DNA of 63,348 bases, counting the filler, from Stramenopiles sp. TOSAG23-3 (lineage: Eukaryota), in assembly GCA_900128585.1 (NCBI GenBank). It is 8 parts of 8 records of this genome, joined end to end, with 100 filler letters (N's around TTAATTAATTAA, not from the genome) between each part and the next. Parts side by side here need not be neighbours in the genome. Positions count along the whole stretch, not along the records: positions 41,894 to 55,726 come from LT642605.1; 7 more parts are not named here. One strand, written 5' to 3'. Position 1 is the first letter of the stretch. The number at the start of each line of letters is the position of its first letter. A program made the translations under genes and the position numbers. Shown one piece after another: positions 42,439-52,762 of this stretch. The notes below the pieces were generated by a model. It was not told where the DNA came from and searched no databases. It worked only from the letters and a program-made list of their open reading frames with translations.

Positions 42439-42699
42439 ATGAGTGGGGCCTTACGGAATGAGGCTATTAGCTTGTACAGGTCGATGCTGAGAAGCGGTGG
42501 CAGGTGCACGGACTACAACTACCGAAACTTCATATTGCGCAGAGTAAAGGAAGGGTTTCGTGCCGGGCAGAGCTCTGCCGACAACGCATCTGATCTTGTT
42601 AATGATGCTCAGTCACAATACGAGCAGATAGAACGGATTGTAACTGTACAAAATTTATTCGCTGTTGATCAGTCTGTTATGAACCACGTCCGGCGCTAA
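42439..42699 (+). CDS. LYRM4: LYR-motif protein ISD11/LYRM4 (Fe-S cluster assembly)
   Basis: SLYRSMLR...DYNYRNFILRRVKEGFR...IERIVTVQNLF. Confidence 0.88.
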   Translation: MSGALRNEAISLYRSMLRSGGRCTDYNYRNFILRRVKEGFRAGQSSADNASDLVNDAQSQYEQIERIVTVQNLFAVDQSVMNHVRR

Positions 42700-43247
42700 A
42701 AATGAGAGAGCTGACAGCGTAGATCGTCCACCCTCTGAACAGCGGCTCGCAACGGCTTCTATGTTTTAAACGCTTAAAGCACGACCTTGATTGACATCCA
42801 TCTTTAGACACGCTCGGAGGCCCGAGGAAAATTGGTGGCAAGGGGCGGTGAAACTGCGTTTCTTTTTTCTTGAAGCAGCAGATGTATTTAAAACTTGTTG
42901 TAAATTTATGATTTCGAAGTTAGTTAAAAATATTACTTATCATACGATACGCAAAAATGGAGGGGGGCATTTTCAGTTTTGCTCATCTACATTGTGTGGT
43001 GTTGCATTTCCCTCGGATGCCTAATTCTTGAGAGTAAGGCATTTCTTCCAACTCTTTCCGTACTGCGCCTGTTCATAAAGTCGGGTCCTTAAAATATTAA
43101 GTCTTGTACTTCGTAAACACTCGTACTTCCCTCGTAATTCGTAAAAGTTATTCGGTTAAAATAATTTCGTTTTTTAAATTTGATATGATAAAATATAAAA
43201 CGTCTTGTTCGTCGGACCCACCCCCAAGGCAGAAACAAAATAAGCCT

Positions 43248-43898
43248 CTACTCTAACTCAACTTCCGCACCCAATGCTTTCAGTTTCTCGACCATTGCTT
43301 CCGCTTCTTCTTTCGCGACGTTCTCTTTAATAACTTTGGGCGCTCCTTCAACAAACTCCTTCGCCTCCTTTAAACCGAGCCCGGCCAGTGCCCGAACTTC
43401 TTTGATAACTTTTAATTTCGACGAGGCGTCAAACGACAACAATTTAACATCAAAATGCGTCTTCTCTTCCACCACCTCTTCCGCCGCTGGCGCGCCGCCG
43501 GCAGCACCTGCAGCTACTCCCGCCCCGGGCATGGCGCCCATCATCATCGGCGTGTCTTCGATGCCCAATTTTTCCTTTAAACAATCAGCTAATTGAGACG
43601 CCTCGATCAAGTTCAGAGCGGTGATTTGGTCCGCCAGTTCTTCAATTTTAGGATCGACTGGGGTGTCTGAGGTTACTACCTTGATTGCTTCCTCGTCCTC
43701 CAACAGGCTTGCAGAATTATGGAATTGTCTGAAGTTTGAGTTACATACATTTGTCGAACCAGAAAATTTCATACCGAGCAAGTTCTGATAACGAGCAGTC
43801 CTGGAACCAATAGAAGAAGAAGTAAAGCTTCTTGAAAAACCGGTCGCCCGTCCGGCGCGAGCGACGGTCCCTACCATAGTGCGAGCTAAAAAAGCCAT
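43248..43898 (-). CDS. MRPL12: Mitochondrial ribosomal protein L7/L12 (bL12m)
   Basis: Arg/Ser-rich presequence from ATG 43898 (MAFLARTMV...); [43 protein letters not shown]. Confidence 0.93.
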   Translation of the reverse strand: MAFLARTMVGTVARAGRATGFSRSFTSSSIGSRTARYQNLLGMKFSGSTNVCNSNFRQFHNSASLLEDEEAIKVVTSDTPVDPKIEELADQITALNLIEASQLADCLKEKLGIEDTPMMMGAMPGAGVAAGAAGGAPAAEEVVEEKTHFDVKLLSFDASSKLKVIKEVRALAGLGLKEAKEFVEGAPKVIKENVAKEEAEAMVEKLKALGAEVELE

Positions 43899-45011
43899 AG
43901 TTGCAACGTTAAAGTACGTATTTAAATTTAAGCCCTGAGGGGTGAACAGACAACTATGTAATATTGTATCGTCTGCAAATTTATTTATATACTCTATGTG
44001 TAATCCACGACGCGGAATGAGGTATTTTTCCTGTTTCATTGATTGTTATGTTTAGAAAGCGTTTTGTTCGTTCGTTCATTCGTTCTGAGATGATGAAGAA
44101 GAAAAGAAGACCAAGTAGTGACAACAGGGACGAATGGAAGAAGAATTCTTTTTTTTTTTATTATTAATTATTATGTTCATGTTTTTTATAGTAATACTAC
44201 ATTATGGGGGAAGAAGAAGAGGCAGGTAGTACGGAGAACGGAGAAGAGATAATAGAAATAAATAGATGATGGGGAGGATTTATTAATTTATTATTAGTAG
44301 ATGGGATGGTGGTGGTGGTGTGGTGGTTGTATTCGATTTGGTTTTGATATACTACGTATTATAGGTATATAATTGAATTAGAATACATACTCTCTTCTAT
44401 TTGTTTTATTTAAATTGTTTTTTTGTTCTTTGTTTTTTTTTTTAGTGGTGGAGAATGGATGAGATGATGGAATACGAGCCTCCGTCGTCTGTCGTCTCCT
44501 CGTACTCAACCTCGTATTTAATATTTTATATAATACATGTAATACAATCAGAGAGGCGGGTATTTTTTTAAATGTATACAAATGAGAATCGACATGCTAT
44601 TTAGTATTAATTATTATTTAAACCTGTATAGCATAGAAATTGTGAGCTGTCGTGCTGTCGTCGGAAGACTCAGTTTCGTCATTTTGGGACTTCATTTTCG
44701 TTAACTTTTTATTAAGTACTTAAAAATCTATTTTCCTATACATACTATACCATCCATACTCTCCGTATAATAATTTAATAAGAAAGATGATGATGTGTGA
44801 AATGTAGTAGTACCGGGGGGATCTGGGAACTCTCTTAGTCCCACCTTGTTTAATTATTTCTTTCATTGTTTTCAATTCTAATAATAAATAACAATTTCGT
44901 CGAGCGGAGTTATAGACGGAGGAAGGGTACCTTCAACGTAGTGAGGGAATGATATTGTCGGACGAAGAAACATAGAGAGAACAATCGTGCCCGTAACGAT
45001 TCGTCCGCGCA

Positions 45012-46025
45012 ATGGTTCAAGAAAGGGGCGAGTTGATGGACCGGGCGACGAAGGCCCTTTTGCATGGCCAATTTTTGGAAGCGTCCACTCTGGCAGAGCA
45101 AGGGCTGTTTGCGTTGCCGAAAACAACGTTGGCCTTAGATTCGGAAAAGAATTGTGGGAAGATATCGTTGCGATCGAACGGTTCGCTAAGTAGTGCGGAG
45201 GCAGATTGTGTGGGTTACTGCATTATATGGCTTCAAGCTTGCCACGAAACAGAGATACGAAAGTTACCTTCACCGACTGACGACGGTGTTGATAGCGAAG
45301 GTTTGGATGCAGCCATCCGTTTTATTCCCAATTATTACAAGAATCACGTATGCGCATCCATGCCGTTTGCAGTGTCGATTATATGGCTAAAATTAATCAT
45401 TGCCTTTAGAAAAATTGAAGAAGCGCAAGTCGAAATTTCAGATCTCTTAAGAAGCCCGGACGGGAGCTTGTACATGCAGGGCCAGTGGGAGGGTATAAAG
45501 GATTGTAGTAGCATAAACAATAGTGGTGATAGCGATGTCGACGATGAATGCGCGTTCAGGCAGTCTGCTCGCTCTCGGTACGAAGAGTTGGTTGAAGTTT
45601 TGCTTCTCCATGTCTTGGTCCCTCTGGGCGAAACGGGGGTGGCACGGACGTTCCTAGACCGAGACGTCGCCCTAAGTAGCAATAGTAAACTGGCATTGTA
45701 CCATGCCCTTTTGGCAACTGTTGAACGCAGCAGTGGTACCCCTGGGGCGACGCGCTCTTCAAGACAAGAGCAAGTACCGAATTCCGAAAAGACAAACGCG
45801 CTTCCGGAAGGCGACAGTTCCAAAACGAATGGCGAGCTTAAAACTGACGAAGTAGAACCAGTCGAAGCCGAAGAGCTATCGGAAGAAGACCTTCAGACTC
45901 TGCTGACTGCGGGTGGGGGCCTCCTCCTGGCCCTAGGTTTTGGGGTCCTGGCCTACCGTCGAAGAAAAGACGTGTTTGAGAAAATGCAATACGGGCTTAG
46001 AAATTTTTTGAAACTAATGAGGTGA
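45012..46025 (+). CDS. PEX26/APEM9-like tail-anchored peroxisomal protein (putative)
   Basis: Helical N-domain with CIIWLQACHE, NYY...MPFAV and YEELVEVLLLHVLVPLG, resembling PEX26 segments; single C-terminal TM followed by YRRRK. Confidence 0.65.
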   Translation: MVQERGELMDRATKALLHGQFLEASTLAEQGLFALPKTTLALDSEKNCGKISLRSNGSLSSAEADCVGYCIIWLQACHETEIRKLPSPTDDGVDSEGLDAAIRFIPNYYKNHVCASMPFAVSIIWLKLIIAFRKIEEAQVEISDLLRSPDGSLYMQGQWEGIKDCSSINNSGDSDVDDECAFRQSARSRYEELVEVLLLHVLVPLGETGVARTFLDRDVALSSNSKLALYHALLATVERSSGTPGATRSSRQEQVPNSEKTNALPEGDSSKTNGELKTDEVEPVEAEELSEEDLQTLLTAGGGLLLALGFGVLAYRRRKDVFEKMQYGLRNFLKLMR

Positions 46026-46370
46026 ACTGGACACTCGGCACGCTGGGGTATTTCGTAAAAAGAAAACCTGCTGGGATCAATTTGAAGATTCACGAAAGAA
46101 CAATAATAAACTCCACTGTGGACAAAAACAAACACTCCTACCTTTAAACTTATCCAAACAATACTATTCGTGTTCCTAAACCTTTAACAACATTTGTTTC
46201 CAAGACTTTTAACCGGTTGATAGGAAACTGGGCAACGAAAATAAGAGATAACACTGGAATAATATGATGATGGAAGGAAGTATTCATATTTAATAAATAA
46301 ATAATATAAATTATTTTTTTAGTAGATTTTTTTTTAAAATACCATAATATGGGTATGAGGAAGCTAAATT

Positions 46371-46410
46371 TAATTACTTCAAAAATAACAGCCAATTTTC
46401 TTGTTTTTTT
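46371..46410. repeat. Copy of the dispersed AAATAACAGCCAATTTT motif
   Basis: TAATTACTTCAAAAATAACAGCCAATTTTCTTGTTTTTTT. Confidence 0.75.
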
Positions 46411-46636
46411 TTATTATTATAACAGCGCATAGAGCATAGAGAGCTTGTTTAAAATTTAACCGTTGATCAAGCAACTAATTTTCTATTACGCACATTTGCA
46501 GTTTTGGAAAAAAAAAGAATTGAAACTCGAAATATTTTACTAACTTGGATTTGATGCACAAAAACGTGGCACGCAAAAAGACATAGATAGAAACCCCTGC
46601 TACGAAGCCAATCCTTTTTCTAAAACTAAAATCTAA

Positions 46637-47926
46637 ATGGCGTTTTCGCACGTTCGAGAGATCCGGCTAATGCCGAAATCCGAAGAAGAGATTAACAACC
46701 CGGATTACATTCCTAGATCTAGACGTTGGAAAGCAAAGCATGTGATGGGACGGGCTTCCAAGTATTTGAAACAACAGCGGTATGAGGAAGCTGCTGTATT
46801 TTATTCCAAAGCAATTCAAAGGGAGCCGGATCTCCCAGAAGTTTACAACAACAAGGGATATTGCATGCTCATGAATGCATTAAGGGCAAATGAGATCCAA
46901 CCAACAATAGAATTGTTCACAAAGGCGCTTGAGTTAAAGCCAAAATATGCCCATGCGTTATACAACCGAGGTGTAGCAAGGCATAAACTGGCTGCCGCAA
47001 AATTGCTTGAATGTGGAGAAAAAAGCACCGAGGAAACGGATAAGCTAATAAAGTTTGCCTTAGAAGACTTCGATGGATGCATTGCAGCAGATAGATTTTT
47101 TTCCAAAGCGTACCATAACCGTGCAGTTTGCCAATCCCTGCTTAGAGACACCAAACGTGCCACTGGAAATTTGACTCGCGCTATTTTGATTACAGATGAA
47201 GAAAGTATTTTACACAAATGCCATAAAACCGGTGCATACTTGCCGTTGGAAGAAAGGAGCAATCTATTAGATGGGGAGAACTCAAAGGGGGCGCTTGACG
47301 AAGATAGCTCGTTACTGATCAGTGAAGGCGGCAGTAGTTTAGCCAGCGGCAGTAAAGTTAGTGTTGACGCGGACATGACCCGGATGAAAGCCAGTAAAGG
47401 TGCGAAGATGGGTTCTGCAGCTGACAGCGATAATAACTTGGAGTCCGATTCGACGCTGATCCCTGATGTGGATGAAAAACAAAAGAATGACATTATCGCG
47501 TGGCAGAAAGAGAGGGCCTACCAAATAATGAGGAAAGCCCTGCATTCCAAGGTGGCCCGAGATGTGGACCTATGCAGAAAAGATTGTTACAAAAGTTTAA
47601 AATCTCGTCAACTTCTTTATGAGCGACGTGTGGAAGTAGACGCAAGTGAATCAGACCGTGCAAAAATGGACATTTTCAAAATGGAAATGGGCATTGGTGT
47701 TTACAGTGACGAAGAAGAGCAGGAAGAGATATCGCAGCCAGGATCGATTGCTGTCAGCCCAAACAGCAAGGGTCGTCATCAGGAAGAAACCTCAGGAAAA
47801 GAACTCTCTGGTGGCGGAAATGGCAATATGAACAGAAGCACAGCTCGGAAGGGGAAAAGAACTACTCAAGCGAACAAGACCGTCGGAAAGAAGGGGTCCA
47901 TTCTTCAATCGCGGCGAAAACGTTAA
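46637..47926 (+). CDS. TPR-repeat protein, function unknown
   Basis: YEEAAVFYSKAI..EP, VYNNKG, FTKALELKPKYAHALYNRG, AYHNRA; disordered basic C-terminus. Confidence 0.85.
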   Translation: MAFSHVREIRLMPKSEEEINNPDYIPRSRRWKAKHVMGRASKYLKQQRYEEAAVFYSKAIQREPDLPEVYNNKGYCMLMNALRANEIQPTIELFTKALELKPKYAHALYNRGVARHKLAAAKLLECGEKSTEETDKLIKFALEDFDGCIAADRFFSKAYHNRAVCQSLLRDTKRATGNLTRAILITDEESILHKCHKTGAYLPLEERSNLLDGENSKGALDEDSSLLISEGGSSLASGSKVSVDADMTRMKASKGAKMGSAADSDNNLESDSTLIPDVDEKQKNDIIAWQKERAYQIMRKALHSKVARDVDLCRKDCYKSLKSRQLLYERRVEVDASESDRAKMDIFKMEMGIGVYSDEEEQEEISQPGSIAVSPNSKGRHQEETSGKELSGGGNGNMNRSTARKGKRTTQANKTVGKKGSILQSRRKR

Positions 47927-47970
47927 ACGGGAAGTGGGGTAGAGTTGCGGAAAGTTAAATGTAACACTTT

Positions 47971-48229
47971 TAATTACTTAAAATAACAACAGGGCCAATT
48001 TTTTGTTTTTAAATGTGACAAGGGTATGTTGATTAGTAAAATCACAATGGTACAGATCATTTCGCAGTACATGAAGGAACACGTAAACCTTTAATATACA
48101 AAAGGAGCAGATTCATTTTCGCGGTACACGAGAAAGCTAAACTGAAATCGTAATTGATATTAAAATGAGAGTCTTAAAGCATATGATTTGTTTTTTAATT
48201 ACTTAAATAACAGCCAATTTTTTGTTTTT
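47971..48229. repeat. Two direct copies of the dispersed motif (47971-48010, 48196-48229)
   Basis: TAATTACTTAAAATAACAACAGGGCCAATTTTTTGTTTTT and TAATTACTTAAATAACAGCCAATTTTTTGTTTTT. Confidence 0.8.
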
Positions 48230-48302
48230 ATTTTAATGTAACACTGGACACTCTAGACACTGGTATAAAAGGCCGGAGTGTACCACCGAGCCGCGAGTGT
48301 AA

Positions 48303-51300
48303 TTACCGGATTACAAACAGGTTGTGGATCATTCTTCGGACATTTAACTTTAAGTTGTATTGGGCAAGCACTTTGTACACCATCAGAATCACTTCCTTTG
48401 TTTGAAACATGCCAGGGTTTCGCTTCCTTAAAATTTTCAACTTGCCCATCCCATCTTTGCTGCTAACGGGGTTCGTTAACTCTACTAAAGAGCGGAGCAG
48501 GAGTTTGATGTCGGCGTCGTCATTATCAAAAGAAACCCTGCTTATTTCTGGTTTTTGGGCCATTGGGGCGCAAGTGTTAGACTCTATCCCGGAGCTGAAA
48601 AAGAAATCTGAGTAATCTATGGGAAGAGATTTATTCCAACCCAGATCAGACAGAGCTTTTGCACCCGATTCAGATGCAGAAATCAACAAGAACGTATTCA
48701 GCACAGTGCCACGAATAGAAAAACTGGGGGAGTTTTTTACCAACGAAATTAATTTGGAAAAAAGGCCAGGGATTCTTTCCCGTAAAATTTCAACGCCAGT
48801 GTTGGTCGAACAGATATACCCGATCATCCACAAAGACGATCGTTGGACAAAATTACTGGCCGGTTTTTTCCCGAACGCGCTTTCGAGAATGTTCGACTCA
48901 TCGATTTTTTCCATCAGTAAGCTGGCGCCCTCGTCCGTGCGGCTCAGATCACGAAACAGGTGAGGGGGGAAATTCACATGGTTCGGGGTGTGAGGTACAA
49001 TGTCTATGTAATATTCAATTGCAACTAAGTACCAATCGTCGTCTTGTGATTTGGTGAAAAGCCAACGGCAATGAGTGCCATTTTCAGAACTCTCCTCGGA
49101 GAAATTATCAAAGGCGACAGTTTCTACCAAATCTGCTTCTTCTTGAGTCTGATTTACGACTTCGGACAACTCCTCGAGTTCGGGGGGGACAGACAGTGAG
49201 CTATGGCTCCTTGGTCGTGAACGCCGAGGGTCGAACAAAGGCCTATCGCTGTAGCTATTATTTTGGTTGAGTTTTCCAGCAGTGTTGACCGTATATGCCC
49301 CTAGATGCAAACTGGACGAAAAGGAAGAATTCGTAGTGAATTTTACAGGACGATGATACTCGTCAAGATCTAGTAAAGTGCCACGCAACACGATGCAATG
49401 CTGAAGGTTGATCGGCACGTCAACTTTGTCGGTTTCCGAATTTGTAGATATTTTCAAATCGGTCTTTAACGATTGTTCTCCCAATTCATCTGAAAACTTC
49501 ACGTCCACAACCCAAGGCAGTCGCAAAAACCAGTCCAATGCCCCGTTTTCTCTGCGTCGATCACCGTCGTGCTCCGACCACGGACTACTCAAAGATATTG
49601 GTTTAACGACCTTTTGATTATCGCTGCTCGTATTTACATTGCGCCCAAAAAGATTTTGCGCAATGTTTGATTCAATCTGGCGCACACTATCACTGTGCAA
49701 CCCATCTGGTTTCAACCATGCGTTTATTGCAGGTTCCAGCCACGCCATTTTCTGGACAAACGACAACCCTTTAACACTACCCACCATTAACCCAAAAAGT
49801 CGGCTATTAACAAGCAATGGTTTGAGCTCATCGGTTATGTTTAGGTCCCGCAGGTTTTCGATGCAAAATGGCACGTAGTCGCGCTTCGACTCCAACACAC
49901 TTCCCAACAACTCCAAGGCGGCTCTTGAGAGCTCTGTTGATTTACAAATTTGCTGGCAAAAAAGTGATAAGCCCCACGACACGCTGGTCGCGGTCACACT
50001 ACATGACAAGGACCAGCCTACAGTCCGGAGGGCGTATAGCTTCAATTCCAATGAGGGTCCATCATTCAAGAGTATTTGTTCGATATAAAACTGCGCAGGG
50101 CTGCCTTTTCGGGAAATATCCAGGTTTACTACAAGCAAGCGGCTTATGTAATCTTTACTTGGATCATTTGATAACTTTACCGCTTCTTTTATGAGCCCTG
50201 CATTTTGAAGCGCCGCTTCCCCTTGAAGCGTAGAACTCATGTATCCTACCAATGTAAAGTATTCCCGCGCCATGGTATGGCCTATTTTTTTTCGGGAAAA
50301 CAAAAAATTCTTTTCCATGCTTAGAGAACTTCGCGGGGACCGATTTTTCTTCCCCGCCGGGACCCCGTTGGCGGGATGTCCCGTGCCAATTGCCTTAAGC
50401 TCCTCCACGATGTTGTGAATCAACCTCCCGCGTCGGTCGTGTTGAATAAAGTCGTTTCCAGCGTATGACTCCATGAGCAGGCCCATCATCTGGCATAGTA
50501 TTCCAACGTACGACATGTGGTCAAGTTTCCAGGAAAGCTGAGAAAAATACGCTTTATCATCGCAAGTGCCACGATAAAAACCAGCAACACGGCGCACAAA
50601 GCGGTCATGACTCCTCATGGTTTCCAACAGATGGTTTTGATTCTGCAGTGCCCCGTCAAACAGGGTCGCAATTGTAGGCCAGTGCCACTCAAAAACTTCC
50701 TTGGATGCGGTAACGCCAGACTTCTTGATGTCAGCTTGCACCGAGCCAAACGGTGCGTTCATGTTCTTTTGCTGCCGAATAAAATAAGCAACGCCCTTGT
50801 GACCACCGGGAGATACGGAGCCGGCCCCACCGTAAAATATTAATCGCTGCGAGTCGCCCACCATTTTCATGACGGGGTCAACAGACCGATTGGAGTACCT
50901 AACTATTCGTGAAAGCCGGAAAAACTTATCGTTTGCGTACAGCTGATTCGTTTCGTTCACTTGTGAACGGTACACGCCGACCCCTGCTGACTGCTCCAAC
51001 GATTGGAGTATTTCGACTGCCCTCATCCCGCGCAAGCGCGTCTTGCGGTTGCTGTAATCGCGTTGCGCCGCTGCCGACATAAGCTCCGGCAAAGACAGCA
51101 GCTCGTCGTTCAAGCGCTTTGGTAGATGTCTCCGTGCGAACGAGAAGAAGCGCGACAGAAGTGTTTTGGACATGTTGTGAACACCAGGGTTTTCAGATTG
51201 CAATGATATTGTGCTAAGGCCAGGAACTATCCCAGCATTCAGCAGCGCCAACAGAACCATCCCAGAATAAACGCTCAGTATGTTTTTGCCGTGCTCGTCC

Positions 51301-52205
51301 TTGTCGGTGATGATGCTGCAGCTGTCGAATATTTTTGAAAGCAGGTCCAGGATGACCAGCTGCAATTCGACGTCTATGGGGTGAGTCAACATGCAGATGA
51401 GAGCCTCCAAAGCGTTCAAAGCGGAGGAGCCCAACAAAAATATACCCGCATAGGTTCGCATCATCACAACCACAACTTCAGCGGCCGCGTGCCGCAGAGA
51501 CGAGCGTTTTTCTTTATCGGTTACCATGTTGTGCTGCAGCAAGGGTGCTACCATGTACCTGATGCTCGCACAAATGTCCAAGTGACCTCTCCCGGTCGCG
51601 TTGTCCGCGACTTGCATAAGAGTTAGCACAATTGTCTCCCTCAGCGCCTTGCAGTTTTCGTCGAGAACGCTATTTGCAAGGGTCGGAAATGCGAAGCAGC
51701 TCGCGGTTATTTCCGTGTTGGTTATGGCTAGGCTTATCAAAATTTTCAGGGCCCGAATGCGATAGGGCTCCGGACTAGACGCGGCAATGGAGGAAAGTGA
51801 CTGCACCAAGGAAGCAGGCACGGATCCCGGTGCCTGCGCAAAAAGTTTTTCTATCAAGTAAAAGGCAATTTCCCTGGTATCGCGCGAGATGTTCTTTCCC
51901 TCCATGATTCTAATAATATGTACATCCATCATTTCAACTTCGCAGCCATTCCCTCCTTCTCCACAAGCAAAACTAAACCAGTGAGCGCTTTGCGACGCAG
52001 TTCGTAGCCCGTGCCTGGAGACCCCATCATGCGCTTTGCGTTCCGCACCAAGCCCTCCATGTTTGTTTCTGCTCTCTTGCACAAACGAATTTTTTCAGCA
52101 GTAGAAAATGAGCGGTAGAAAAATTCCTCTCTGGTTTGGAATGCGGTGGCGAGGGGGAGAAAGAAAGAAAGAAAATAAATTAACGCGCCTTGCGAGGACA
52201 AACAT
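48303..52205 (-). CDS. RICTOR: RICTOR (TORC2 subunit); 5' part appears split by a frameshift near 51930-51945
   Basis: VVMMRTYAG, EWHWPTI, MAREYFTLVG, PPHLFRDLSRTDEG, LWMIGYICST, SIRGTV, YNLKLNVRRMIHNLF; upstream frame ELRRKALTGLVLL matches the RICTOR N-terminal ARM helix. Confidence 0.88.
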
Positions 52206-52762
52206 TAGGAATGAAGATTGAAGCTGAAGTTGTTGTTTGGATTATTTGTAGCTCCGGTAGTACCAGGTACAGTAGAAGATAATTATTATATTTTTTTTTT
52301 TTATTTAGTAGTAGTAGTCGGTCTAGACTATTATCTTATTAATTAATACATGAAATAATATTATATAATCCTACTAATAATTATTATAATATAGAGATAC
52401 GAGGGATGATGTGAAATGTATTTATGTATTATTTTATTAGTACACCGTCAAGACAAAATTACAAAAAAAACAAAAAAACAAAAATATTTTGTAGTTGTTA
52501 TTAAACTTAGTATATAAATTGATTCCTATTTAATTACCTAATGACCGGCTCATCGGAAACCGGTGAAATTGATCTATCATTCGATTTGTGTTTTATTAAA
52601 CTATGTAAAAAAAAAACTAATGAAATAAGAAGTATGATATGTTGTAAGACTCTCAAGATTTATTATAACGTATGTGTAATATATTATTTTTTCTGAATTG
52701 ACTATTAATCGTAACTATTTTGTACTTTTATAATGTGATTTCTTGAACTCTGCAAACTAAAT

